A stretch of 56,528 nt of DNA, filler included, from Sluysia triapertura (GCA_046118255.1; 4 parts of 4 records of this genome joined end to end with filler, not necessarily neighbours in it), one strand, 5' to 3'; positions 38,101 through 50,922 are shown, counted from the first letter of the whole stretch. Numbers and translations: made by a program. Notes: a model not told the origin generated them from the letters alone.

Positions 38101-38750
38101 GCAATTTGTTTATTCAAAATTATTACTATTATTAATGTAATTACTTTTTCAAAAAATTGAAAAGCTAATAATCAATTTAAATAACAATTAATTAATAGTA
38201 ATGTAACTGATAAATAATAATATCAAATTATTATCTAAATATTTATTAAACTATATTATATGAAATTCAATCTTTTTTATGAAGTATATTTTAAAAAGGA
38301 CAAATGATCTTTAACATTTTTGTTTATAAATTAAAACTACAATGATAAAGAAATTAATATTTTATTTATCTGTGGTATAAACATTTTATTATCAAAGTTT
38401 GGCTATAACCTTTTTATTATTTTTTTTTGTTAATAAATGGCTAATAGTATTAACTTTACAGCTATTTCTTCAGTGATTATTTTTAGTATTTATTATGTTG
38501 TAAACTATAAAGGAAATATTCATTATCCTAGATTTAGATTGTACCATTTCAATTCCTAATTTCGAATTGAATTACTTAATCTCACATTAATTATTTATTA
38601 AAGTAAAATTTTTTGGAAGTATTTTTTAATTCCACAACACAAATTTGAATAAATTGATAGTTTAATCTCTAAATCTTCTAACTTATTAAAATGAAAATTT
38701 CTTATTTTAAATGTTCTGACCGTAATATTATTTTATACACCCTCACTTTA

Positions 38751-39175
38751 ATTGGACTATGTGACGGCAACTGCAATGCAATTTTTAAATAGTTGTGCTT
38801 TTTTGCAATATTAATGTTTGAACTGGGAAGATTTAGTATTGAATTAAGTGAAGACTCATTCAATGTCGGTTATTTCAAAACTCGTTGAATTATCCAAAAT
38901 ATCTAATTTGTAGTGTTATGGCAAAAGTCGGCATAGTGTTACCCTTTTGAAGTGGTCTCAAACTTAACTTATGAAATAAGCTTCTAGGACGGTTAAGATG
39001 CCATGAATAATTTGAATTTCCAGCTTTTAATTTTAAATTTGTTTTTTATATTAAAAAGTAGCACTACATTTGGGGCTCTCGTTCCAAGAATAAAAAATAA
39101 AAATTTGAAATGGGGAACCTTATTCCAAGTCTTTCTGCAAACGCTTGAATGTCTATGCGCCATAAAACAGTGCCA
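38751..39175 (+). mobile_element. PIF/Harbinger transposase remnant
   Basis: Colinear degenerate motifs IGLCDGN, VG(D)S.YP, LMK, NLNFQL and TFGALVPRI resemble DDE_Tnp_4. Requires several indels. Confidence 0.35.
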
Positions 39176-39462
39176 ACAAGACAAAGTTATTATTTTTGTA
39201 AAATATCACTTTAATATGAATAATTAAATTGTACATTTATTGTAAATAAAGTAATTACTAATAATTATTGTAAAGTGTATAAAAATCATATTTCAACAGA
39301 TAAAGAATTGTGTTGATATGTAGTTGTTGTAAAAATATTAATTACTTATATTTGAAAAAATAAAATTGCTATATAGATAAATAATATTGATAATTGCTAT
39401 AATTATTGATGTGAAAAATAATTGCATACGCAAAAGTTCAATAGAATAGAAATGGCACGATC

Positions 39463-39518
39463 TTACATTAAATTTTCTCATTTGTATTGTACTACACAAA
39501 TGAGAAAATTTAATGTAA
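39463..39518. repeat. Perfect 23-bp inverted repeat with 10-nt loop
   Basis: TTACATTAAATTTTCTCATTTGT-attgtactac-ACAAATGAGAAAATTTAATGTAA. Confidence 0.85.
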
Positions 39519-40271
39519 AATCAATTTTACACTTAATTTTTTTAGGATCTGCTTCGTTACCGTACATGGATCATAATGTAAATACTTTATGCGAAAAATG
39601 TTTAAACTCTTATACTTATAAAATACTTGAGAGTCAGTTCGCCTAATATGCACGGTTTATACACGGAGACGTGCTATTAGGATTTTATAAAAGAGCTACT
39701 GTTGTGATTGCCAAACTGTGGGTCTGGAGACAAATGAAAACATATAAAATCATAAAATGAAGGAAAAACTGATATAAAGTAATGGATTGGACATGATAAA
39801 CATTGTTGAAATAAGAATTATGAAAGCAAAAGCATCTATAATAGTCTTACCAGTTGAAGAATAACTTGAAATTTCCAAACACCTCTATAGGGGTTTGAGA
39901 CTTTATGGAAGCTTGAGATTGACTTGGGAAACCTTTGGAAACATTACAGTCATTTTGAAGTTATGAACCTTTAGATTTCGGAAGACCTTATTAACCTTTA
40001 CATATTCTTAGAACATCGATAAGCATTTCACCTCCCTTAGTAATTTTATAAATTATTTAAAAGCTTTAAAATAGTTATCGGTATTAAGAATAAGTTTAGT
40101 ATAGTAATAATTAACATGAAAAAGTAGAAAAATGAGTCAGAGAGGTGAATGTGAAAACATCTAGAGACTCCTGAATGCCTTATAAAATATAAAATAACTT
40201 TAGAACCTCAGTAAAAGCTTTAAACATAGAATAAGATTAAGTCAAAAAATAGATTAACCAATTATAAATCA

Positions 40272-43200
40272 TAATTAACTTAATTGAGAAAAAGTACGCT
40301 TTTGTGAATAACTTTTGAATGCGGAATGCTATGTTAATTTTGAAACTGCGTATGTATTTGTTTTGAAAAGACCTTTCGATGAAGGTATGGTTTGACCGAG
40401 TTCACACAAGAAAAGCCTTAATATTGAGTAAAGTCAAATTTTAATTAATTTTTAATTATGGAATGTTGAATTTTTAATACGTAAAATGATGCAAATGTTA
40501 TGAATGGAATATGAGATGATTGCTATGAAAGAGCAGAATCTGTAAGCGAGTTCGAAATGTTTGTAGAATGGTTTGTTTGAGAATAGGAACCTTAAAACTT
40601 TTTTCATTAGAAAATTTGGTGTGAAAAATCGAAATTCAATTAAACTCTCAAAATTGAAATTAAATTCATTATTTTTATGAATGTTAACAATATTGTTGAT
40701 TGTTATTTTAATGTGAGAAGTAATTTAAGTAAAAATAGATTGAGTGGAGTAAAAAGAAATGATGGTTGATAATAAATCAGATTTCTATGTTTTGTGCTTA
40801 ATAAAGTTTGACAGACCGTACCATGTAATTGTCAGAGTTGTTATTGTCGGTCTGATTCTCAAAGAGGTTTGAATGATTTGTGTGAGAGTGTTTGATTGTG
40901 AGACTAGGAATTGATTGGATGATGAGATAGTATTAAATAAAGATTTCTACATTTTTAACAAAAGTAATAACACAATAACAAAAGTAATCACAATGACGAC
41001 GACAACAACAATGATAATATAAGTAATATAAGTAATTAATCTTATTTGAATAATTTTAATATTGTGTTATTTTTAGTTAATTTTTATGCTGTTTTTAAGG
41101 CGAGTTGATAAGAAACTCCCTACACAATTTTTGCTAAAAACTATTATTAAGATAATTTTCTTGTTAAATATTATATTTAGATTATATTTGATTTTAAGCT
41201 GTATTTAAGGTGAGTTGATAAGAAACTCCTTACGAAATTTTTGATAAAGATTATGTTTGATTTTCAGCCATTTTTATGTAATTTTGTAAGAGACTCCCTA
41301 CGCAATTTTTGTTAAGACTATATTTGATGTTTTGTTATTTTTAAGGTAATTAATTGAAAACATTTCGTGTAATTTTTGTTGAAGATTATATTTAAATTGC
41401 ATTTGATTTTCATTCATTTTTAAGGTGAATTGAATAGAAATTTCTTAAGAAATGTATTCTATCAAAATAATAAGTATTTTATCTTTAGAATTTACTGTTA
41501 AGTTTTTCCTTAAAGTTATTCTTATCGAAGAATTTTATTGTAATCGTAATCACTCTTTGTGACGTTGACCAAAAATATTTAAATAAGATAATTACAATTA
41601 ACTTTCTAGATATTGATATTCTTAGTGTCTGTTGCGTCACTCCTGGTTGTTTTGTCATAATTAGATTGAAATATCATTGATTTTATTGTTATTTTTGTCA
41701 TTTTAGTTCTCATTATTTAGTAAAGATTCTTATTGATAATAAATTATATTTCCATTTTTTATTTAATAGTACATTATTGTCTTAGTTTTGATTTGATTTT
41801 CAAGGACTTAAATTTGGGGTACTAGTTAATATTATAAAAGAAGATTACTGCAAAATTATACTTGATATACTGACTATTTAAATTATTAAGGTTTCTTTAA
41901 GCTAATCAAGTTAATATTATTTTAATTTTATTTTTGATTTTATTAAAGGGAAGATAATTTTAATATAAGTTAATATTGTGCTACTTTTATTGTAAGTGGT
42001 TTGATTTTATTTTCGGCCAGTTTTTAGATACTTTTGTGAGAAACTCTCCACGCAGTTTATTTTATCGAAACACTAAATATTTCTACTTTAGATATTACTG
42101 TTAAGTTTTTGAAAGGATCTCTGCCCAAAAATTTTTATTATAATCGTGATTACTTTTTGTTGGTTAACTAAAAATATTTAAGTAGCATAATAATTATTAA
42201 CTTTCTAAATATTGATATTGTTAGTGTCGGTTGCGTCACTCCTGGTTTTTAGTTAGATTGTAGTATTCTTAATATTATTATTAACGCTATTGTTAATTTT
42301 GCCATTTTAGTCATTTTTAGTATTGTTTAGTGGAGAGTCATTAATAACAATAAATTCTAATTTTATTTTTGTTTAATATTAAAGTATTGCCTTATTTTTG
42401 ATTTGATTCTTAAGAACTTAATTTTGGGGGAATAGTTATTAATAGTATTACTGCAAAATTATACTTGATATAGTGACTACTTAAATTACTGAGATTCTTT
42501 TAAGCTAATCAAGATAATATTGAATTATCATAACTAATAATATTTGAAGACGTAACAATAAGTTAAAATAATTAATTATTTAATTAAAATTTTAATTAAC
42601 TTAATTAAGAAATATTACGTTTGTATGAATAACTTTTGAATGAGGAATGCTATGTTAAAATTGTAATTGTGTATGTATCTGTTTTAAATATATCTTCTGA
42701 TGAAAATCATATTTGATCGAGTTCATAGATTTTAATAAATTTTCATATTTAGAATGAAGAAAAGATGATGAAGTGGGTATAAAGTGATTGCTATGAAATA
42801 GGAGAATCCGAACATGAGGTTGAAATGTTTATAAAATCGTTTGTGTGAGAATGAGAATCTTAAATATTTTCCATTAAAAAACTGAGTGTGAGGAATTGAA
42901 AATTAACTAAACTGTAAAAACCAAAGTTCAGTTAAACATTTTTAAGTATATAAATAATAATTGTTATTTTATTGTAAGAAGTGATTCATGAAAAAATAAG
43001 TCTTTATTGTTAATCGAATTGTTATGTTTTGCTTGACAGGTCATGACATGTAAATTTCAAAGTCGTTTTAGTCGGTGTTGATGATTATGTAAGTGTAATT
43101 CCTGATTGTGAGTTTAAGAGTGATTGGACGACACAAAGATATGAAAGCGAATACTTAAAAATTTTTTAACACAATCGTATCGTACAGTATTGAAACGAAG

Positions 43201-43416
43201 ATCCATGATTATTGTAAATTCATTTTTATTAATATTATTGAACAATGATTTTGGGGGAAGTTTTTATTAAATTTATTTTATTTGATTTTTTGGAGGCTCC
43301 ACATCCAAGTTATTTTGAAGAATTTTTAATTATTTAATTATTATTTTTCAATTAATAATAATAATCGCTCAAATTATTTTACAGTTTTTTCGGCTATTAA
43401 GAGTTATTCGATAAGA

Positions 43417-43471
<55 letters not shown>

Positions 43472-43840
43472 GTTGTTGTTGATTTCAATTTCTTCAGATA
43501 TTGGTATTTTAATTTTTGTCGTTTGTTGCGTCAATTCTGGTTTATTTGGATAGACTTTTGTGGTCTTAATATTGTAATACATTTTATTGTTAACTTTGAA
43601 ATTTAGTTGTGTTTTCATTTAGTTTACTTGTATTATAGCTCAAGAAGAGACTTATGATAGCGATTTGTATTTGATTTTCTAATTATTATATTATTAATTT
43701 AATTATTATGTTATTAATTTAAATTAAGAACGTTATTTTTGGGGTGAATAAATATCATTATAAAAATAATAAAATTTGTGGTAATTGAATATTAAAATCA
43801 TTCGAGATTTTATTTAAGTAAAGTAAATTAATATTGGTTT
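40272..43840 (-). repeat. Tandem segmental duplications: A (40272-41000, 42590-43190), B (41480-41960, 42085-42520, diverged 43480-43840) and a ~70-bp minisatellite (41090-41450)
   Basis: A copies share GAATAACTTTTGAATG.GGAATGCTATGTTAA; B copies share TTAGTGTC.GTTGCGTCACTCCTGGTT; the minisatellite core is TTTAAGG.GAGTTGATAAGAAACTCC.TAC. Confidence 0.8.
43418..43480. repeat. (ATT)n/(GTT)n microsatellite
   Basis: Directly visible. Confidence 0.95.
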
Positions 43841-44261
43841 ATTGTTACTATCGATTTCAAAGATGCAACAAAATAACAAGAGAAGAATAGACAAAGATAG
43901 TAAAGAAACCGAAAACTTTTAGCTTTAGGGATGCTGCTTCAATTCTTCTGTGGAAAACGGTGAAATTGAGGCTAATGTTTTAGCAATCAACTAAAATAAA
44001 CATGTAAGAGGTTTTAAGAAAAAGGTTCGTTATATTTTAGTTAATACATTTATTTTATTTGAGTTCTTCCATCCCTGGTAGTGATTTATTAATATTTTTA
44101 TAATTTTGAAGCTGATATATTAAAGAGTTAAATATTGAAGGCACTTGTTAAAAGAATTTTATTAGTTTTATAATGTTGAGTTGCCTTTCAAAATATTATT
44201 TAAATTAAATAGATATTAATTTAATTAACTACAAAAATAAATCAATTGTTTATATACTCCC

Positions 44262-44361
44262 NNNNNNNNNNNNNNNNNNNNNNNNNNNNNNNNNNNNNNN
44301 NNNNNTTAATTAATTAANNNNNNNNNNNNNNNNNNNNNNNNNNNNNNNNNNNNNNNNNNNN
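44262..44361. other. Artificial contig linker
   Basis: 44 N + TTAATTAATTAA + 44 N. Confidence 0.97.
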
Positions 44362-44484
44362 TATTATTATAATTTATATAATCTGACTGTAGTTTTGATA
44401 TTATATCAAATATACTGAGGTTTTGAGTTTATTCAATTGTTGATTTTTGATTTAATAGTTTGGGAAGATTAAAAAATATTAAAA

Positions 44485-45630
44485 GACACAACATAATGGT
44501 GCTACTAAATCTGGGTTAGTTATTGCTACAGCTAATTTAGTTCTTAATATTTCCTTGTTTAATTGGCAGTCTCTAGCTATCATAGCTTGATAAACTTTTT
44601 CCAACGACATAAGTCCTAAGTGATAGTAAAATCAATTTTATTATTAAAATATGTTTAATTGTAAATTCTTTGTGTCTATTCCTTTCTTGGCTTTAGTATT
44701 GTCTTTTCTGATAAATATATTCCTTGATAGTTAGTTTACGTGATTTCTTGTCCAAATCTAATTACTAATTTCTTTGATACAAATATTAATCCATCTTCTT
44801 CTTTATTTGCCATTAAAATTGTTGGAGATTCAATTTGGTGAAGTCTTTTTCTTTCAGGTATATCTAAATTATCCTTATAAATTTGCTTTTTATTTATTTC
44901 TTCTACAGCTAATTCATCCTCATTTTGATACATAAATACTGAACTTAATTTGTTTTAAGAATATTAATGGACACTGTTATTTTTCCAATTCATATATAAG
45001 TATAGATTCGCCAGTGTCACAAATTGTTTGATCGCTCCTACAAAAAGGTCTAGACATCATAGTACCTTTTTCTAAATTAAAAATTTCATTAAAAGATTTT
45101 AAACTTACTACAAATGTTTCTTGAGCTACAACATTGTGATAAATCTTTCCTTCATATTCTATTGATCCTCTTTCGCAAGTACCGTCGATTAATACATTAC
45201 CAGCTGTTCCAATATTATAAATTAGTTTCTCGTTGTTTTTAATTCTTAATTTATCTCCTTTGTTTAAACTTATGTATCCAGGTTCATATGCATCACGAAA
45301 ATTGTTCGGTGATATTTTAAAATGTTTTAGTATGTTCGATATATCGATAATTGAAGAATGACTGTGATGTCAACAATACCAAATAACCACAGATCTTTTA
45401 ACTAGACATTCTCTAACTAATGTCGTCACCAGAATTCCTTCTTGATATACATTTAATACTTTCATATCTTTTATTTTGACTCTATTTGGACTTGAGTCAG
45501 GAAAATCTTCGGTATCTAATAAAGAGAACATTCTTCCAATTTGGGGTTGGGTACAATCAAAAGCTTGTATAGCATTAGTTTTATTGATTCCGAATAATGC
45601 CAATAAAACAATTATAAATAACATATTATT
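44485..45630 (-). pseudogene. Chuvirus-type (class III/gB-like) viral glycoprotein, decayed and 3'-truncated; endogenous viral element or retrotransposon env
   Basis: Signal peptide MLFIIVLLALFGINKTNA, then IQAFDC..FSLLDTED..VYQ..VRECLVKRSVVIWYC*HHSHSS..DGTCERG..NVVAQ..C..CDTG..VYQAMIARDCQLNKEILRTKLAVAITNPDLVA. This is colinear with chuviral G motifs GYDC/SLLD/CGxHSH/GxCxG/VVVQ/LY..C.LE..L..LA..PD.FA. Confidence 0.8.
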
Positions 45631-46654
45631 TATTAAAGTTCCAAATTGCGGGAATGATCCATTTGTATTTCCTTTATTGTTATTATTAATTAGTCTGGAT
45701 ATCGTATTAAGTGGTTCATTTAAAATATTCTTTTCTTCTTTTTCTTTATCTTTGTCTATTTTTTCTTTAGTTAAGAGTGTTGCTTTATTACATTGAAATA
45801 TTATATAAGCCATTATTATTTTAAGTCTGTCTCTGTTAATTCCAGCGTTAATCTGTTTATTTATTATGTTTTTATATTGACCATTATCTATAAAGTCATT
45901 TAAGTCCGTATTCTTATATTTTTCTTCCATGACTTTAATTATCTTGGTTAATGCAGCTTTGTATTCCTTTAATTCAAGTAAAAGTGTTTTTATACTTATC
46001 AAAGTTAGAAAATTTATTAGATAGTAGAGCGTAAATTATAGTTTTGGTACTTAAAGTTTCTTCTATGTTCTTATAGTTAATTTTTGTTAAATCAATAGGT
46101 TTTCTATGTATTGGGATTGATATTATCGTTTCGTCATCATTATTCTTTCTAGGTCTACCTGACCTTCTTTTAAAAGTATTTGTTTCTTTATCTTCGGTTT
46201 CAATATGTGAATTTTTATTCAAATCTATTATGTATTCAGTATAATCATCATTATCATTTGTAATATATATGATTTTACTTTCATTATGATTATCTATAAC
46301 TTTATTATCTACCATTAATTCTCTTGGTAGTTAACGCGGGGTTCTATCTAAATCAACATCATTATCATCATTTATTAATTCATCTAATTTTCTTAAATCA
46401 TCTGAAGGCTTAGTACAAGCCATTAAAACTGCGGAAGTCATTGATGTTTCCTCATGGCTTCCATTCATTGATGGATAACCGTAATCATTTATGTATTCAT
46501 TAGGTAATAATTTTCTGTCATAAAAATATAAATCAACATCATTAATATCAGAGTCATTTGACTTGAGTAATTCTATAATATCTTAAGTAATTGAAGTAAC
46601 TGGGAGTTCCATAGTAATATTCAAAGCATTATTAATAATTATACTTATTCTCAT
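45631..46654 (-). pseudogene. N-terminal part of the same decayed reading frame: ubiquitin-like domain, acidic linker, AT-hook-like RRSGRPRK, helical region
   Basis: One frame runs from ATG 46654 to ~46000 with two TAA stops. A single frameshift then enters ORF 45370-46002, which runs straight into the glycoprotein. Confidence 0.6.
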
Positions 46655-46862
46655 TACTTCATTAGGGGTTTCTTTTCTTTCCTTTTGTCCTATTTTTCGT
46701 AATAATTTTCACCTATTTTTTTCTGATCAATGACGGTTTTAAAATTTTGAAAATATTAATATAAAAAATAACTCATAAAACTACACAAATATGAAATATT
46801 TTGATAAAATGAGTTTCTATATTATACTCGTAAAATAAAAACAATAATTATTCAAAAAATAC

Positions 46863-47087
46863 CTATAAGTACTATGAAGTCTTAGTAATCCCTGTCCAGC
46901 TCCAGTACCACCAGGATATAATGATCTAAATGCTTGACCTAGTAATTCAGCATTTTGACTTCCTTTTCTAGTCAATTCTCCACCCCATTTTACTATTAGT
47001 AATAATGAGTTTTTATTTTTCTTTATATACCTCATTTGCACTTTACGATTTAGTCCACTAAAATGTCCATATAGTTCAAGAACTGTT
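46863..47087 (-). CDS. PPIP5K: PPIP5K/VIP1 exon (histidine phosphatase domain)
   Basis: [55 protein letters not shown]; phase-2 acceptor matches the upstream exon. Confidence 0.95.
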
Positions 47088-47409
47088 CTAAATTAAAACT
47101 TTAATTTTAAAAATAATCGTTATTAAATTAAATTTTAACATTAATTAATATTACTGAAGCACCAAAAATAATTATACATAATAATATAATATGACGACCA
47201 TACTACAATCATAATAAGAATTTAAGAGGATACACATGTAATAATGACAAAAATATAACCATACAAATATTTTAATAATATTATGGCAGATAATCATAAA
47301 AGTTATCGTTCCACAGGTATAGAAAATCATAAAAATTTGAAAAATACAGAAGTAGATAGTCACAAAAGTTCGCATAATTATAAAACGTATGCCAATCGTT
47401 TAATCGTTT

Positions 47410-47470
47410 AAGCAACACCTAAAGGTTCATTTTCTTAAAGTACTATACCCTTAAGACCACTATCATTAAA
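47410..47470 (+). mobile_element. Penelope-like RT scrap
   Basis: PK(V)H..IPLRPL resembles the Penelope PKIHK..PLRPI motif. Short and frameshifted. Confidence 0.3.
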
Positions 47471-47904
47471 AGAGACTGACATATAAGGACAATGTAGATA
47501 TTGATATTCCAAGAAACTTAAAATGTGACGTAATTATTGCAGGAGCGAAATTTGGTTCATTAAGTTCAAATTTGTCAAATTATTTTAAAAATATAAGAAT
47601 TACATCATGTAAAAGTCAACCACATAAGTATCAGGAAAGCCATTACCTAAAAAACTAAAAAACAGAAAATCATTAACGAGAAAATATAGATTGAAAAAAT
47701 AGGACCTCCACATGACAAATACAAGGACACATAATTTAAGTAAAATACCAAAAAGTTTGTTTTTATTTAAGTGCAATTAATTACTTTTTATTTATCATTA
47801 AACTATAAAAAATAGTCATAATGGACTATTTGTGTTATTAACATAGTGTAATGTTCAAAAGTTCCGGACAAAAATGTATTATTGAAAATGTATTACTGAT
47901 GTCA

Positions 47905-47967
<63 letters not shown>
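47905..47967. repeat. (ATT)n microsatellite
   Basis: Directly visible. Confidence 0.95.
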
Positions 47968-47969
<2 letters not shown>

Positions 47970-48046
47970 AAGACATGTTTTTGATACTATTCATTATTCA
48001 TACTTTAATTTTTGATAAAAATGAAAATGTTTTGTGACAAACAAAA

Positions 48047-48270
48047 ATGGGAGTATCATACGATATAAAATTGATGTAACGTACGATATAACTATGATCA
48101 TGTCAAATATTTGAAACCAAATTAGTATAAATAAAGATAAGAGTTTATTAAAATTTGTTTAATCACGTATAGAACATCTCCATATACTGCTCCTGGATTA
48201 ATTTTGTGGTGCGAGCATTTGGAATACAGTTTTCAAAGGATTACTCGAAAAATTAAAAAAATTGTAGTGA
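48047..48270 (+). mobile_element. CR1/Jockey-like LINE ORF2 C-terminal remnant
   Basis: MGVSYDIKL..DHV, FV*SRIE, ASIWN, LEKI are colinear with LGVxFDxKL..H / FVRPxLEY / IWNP / LEKVQ. Confidence 0.45.
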
Positions 48271-49199
48271 TCCAACTTATTTCACCTAATTTATTCTTTA
48301 TAATATATTTGAGCAGGGTCCGATTACAGTAAGCGTCTTATGTCGTAAAAAGGGCGCTTCTGTCACTATATAAGCTAATAATTTATCTAAACTCAAATGT
48401 TATATGGTTAGGGTCTTACAATCGCTGAAAATTATTACCTTAATACTTTAATAAATAACACAAAAGTATTAAATTTTTTAACAACTAGAGAAAGTAAAAA
48501 TAATTATTTTAGGGATTAACGCTCCGTGGACGATTTTCATTATACTGATAGTAGTTTATATACTGATATATACTGATATATAGTGATATTTTTAAACCCA
48601 AAGGTATCACTTTGAATAAAATAAAATATTAATTAATTGACTAATTTTAAAACGTTACAGTTAAACTAATAAAGTCAAACACGTTAGACAATTAATTTCG
48701 ATTGTGTTGCAACGAAATAAAAAGATGAAATTTGAAAGTAGAATCACAATTTATTACTGTCGAACTTGATGATTGTTTAATCTAGTGTAGCCATATTTAA
48801 TGAATGTTTGACTATAATGCTTATAGATTTGATAAATGAAATATCTAATAAGATACAATTCGCAGTTCGTAATGTTAAAGTTGTTAAATTACATATGTTA
48901 TTGTATTTTTAATTTCAATTTATTTAAACTTTCGGGTGTAGATTTAGCATACTCTTCAAATGTAATCTAAAATAACTTCCTTTAATAAATTTGCATGAAT
49001 ACATTTAAGTTGCATTTACAGTTAGGAATATTATTATAAACGGATATTATCACTCGTTTGTGTATTATTACGATCAATGATTGCCTTTTACAATAGATAG
49101 AGTTCATTTTTTAATATTTTCACATAAATTATTGTTAAATTTCATACAAATTCCATTTCCAAAAATATCAACATTGATTTCATGTGGGCTTGATGCAAC

Positions 49200-49940
49200 C
49201 CCAAACAAATAAAAATATGAGTGTAGATTATGCATAAATGCAACGTTTATTAACAAAACAAAATGATTCCCAGTTTCAAATCTACCAATAAAATTATACT
49301 TACATTTTATATCAACTGAAACGTTTCGAACATTTTCATGAACTAGAACTACCGATGCCGCATTAGTGCGAAGAGATTGAACACGGTGGAAAATAACTTA
49401 TCTTCATTTTTAGTATTAGGTGTTTTAACTCATGTCATTTCTTTATCCAATCGAGAAATTACGCACGAATATCTTCCAAGATATATTTCAGTAACTCTAT
49501 TTGTTAAGGTTTGTGTTGTTAAGACGTTGAAAGGTTCTGAGCCATTCAATATTGAATCAAAGGTAAATAGATTTAAATGGTCGTTTGGACCATGTAGAAG
49601 GTGTATGATTAACATCTTTCAGTTCTTGTCTCATAAGAATCACTCTAATCTGAATTGGCCAAAATTTATTTATATCTTCGTGATATGTGTGCCTCAAACA
49701 AATGATTTAACGATTACTTTCGAAAACTCGTAATTGGTTCTACTTTATTTGATGACATTTTCGATTGAGTTTTTATTCAGAAATGATGACGATAAAGTGA
49801 TCAACTTTAATGAAGGTTTCAGGAACACTAATATCGTAATGAGAATTAATGTGAGCTTTTTTTCTTTTCCTTTTTATAATTGCAACTCACCAGAAAACAA
49901 TTCTATTGTGTGACACTCATCTTTTTTTATATTGCATATT
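49200..49940 (-). pseudogene. Decayed intronless orphan ORF within a PPIP5K intron
   Basis: A mostly open minus frame (HTIELFSGELQL*..MLIIHLLHGPNDHLNLFTFDSILNGSEPF..) with scattered stops; the opposite strand is also open for 118 codons, so the strand is uncertain. Confidence 0.35.
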
Positions 49941-50129
49941 TATTTTTAATTTACAAACATTTTGTCTTATCACATTATTTACACCAATTATTTGCACATG
50001 ATGCAAGATAATTGGCTTGAAGCCATTATAATTTTTGTATATAATTTTAATTAAAGCTTGGAGAACATTTTTATTTACCTAAAACTTAATTAAGATATTT
50101 ATTATTATCATTATTATTGTCACTTAAAT

Positions 50130-50760
50130 TATAACTTTTTGACATAAATTTGCATCTAAGAGTTTAATAAAAATGCATTAAAGTTTGGTATATTTTCGTG
50201 AATATAATGTGTTAAAATTGAGAGGTTCGTGGAGTATTTGAGTGAATAAATTGTGAAAAAGTTGATTTGAAAATATAGAAGTATTATAGTAAAAATGAAG
50301 TATGTGAAACAATTAAAAATAGTGAGTTTATATGATAATCTGGTTTGTTAAGAATTGATATCCCTGTGGAATGATTATGCGATCTGGAATTTTCAAACTT
50401 ATGAGATAAGTGAACGAGCATGAAGTTTTTGACTTGAATTTATGGTCTAACACAATTCTTCTTTGATTCATTTGAAAGGATAAACATATTATTGAGTTGA
50501 AGGGTATAATAATATCATGAATTAAGTAACTATGGTGCCAATGTCGAAAATTAAATGGTTGAAAAAGGTGATTCTTGAATGTTATAAATTACTGAAAGGA
50601 TATATTGAAGTGTTTAATATCAAGTAATGTTCGTGAGTTTCTAAGCTTGGCGGTGTTTTATGAATTGTTTGATGTCATTGTTGATAGTTTCATGTGATGT
50701 ATTTAAATATTTTATATTTGTGTGTGAAAGGTAATTTATGGAGTTGAGTGGCAAAATTAT
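50130..50760 (-). repeat. CA-rich (minus) dispersed segment homologous to 23850-24250
   Basis: Shared colinear words and the same strand skew. Confidence 0.45.
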
Positions 50761-50922
50761 GAATTACGAGTTGGGACACCAAAGCACGCCACACTACAAT
50801 AATTCACAGTTCCTATACTAATACGGCTATATCGAAAAATATCGACAAAAGTATTAATTTTAAAACCTATTACTGAATAAAATGACAATACAAAATTTGA
50901 AATGAAATGGAAATTAATTTAC

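Noticed and set aside
41090-41450. Regularly spaced repeats resembling a CRISPR array
   Set aside because: Units are degenerate along their full length, spacers are related, the context is eukaryotic and there are no cas genes.
45476-45796. Plus-strand 106-aa ORF (also 35003-35188 and 5669-5851)
   Set aside because: Antisense shadows of real minus-strand coding sequence.
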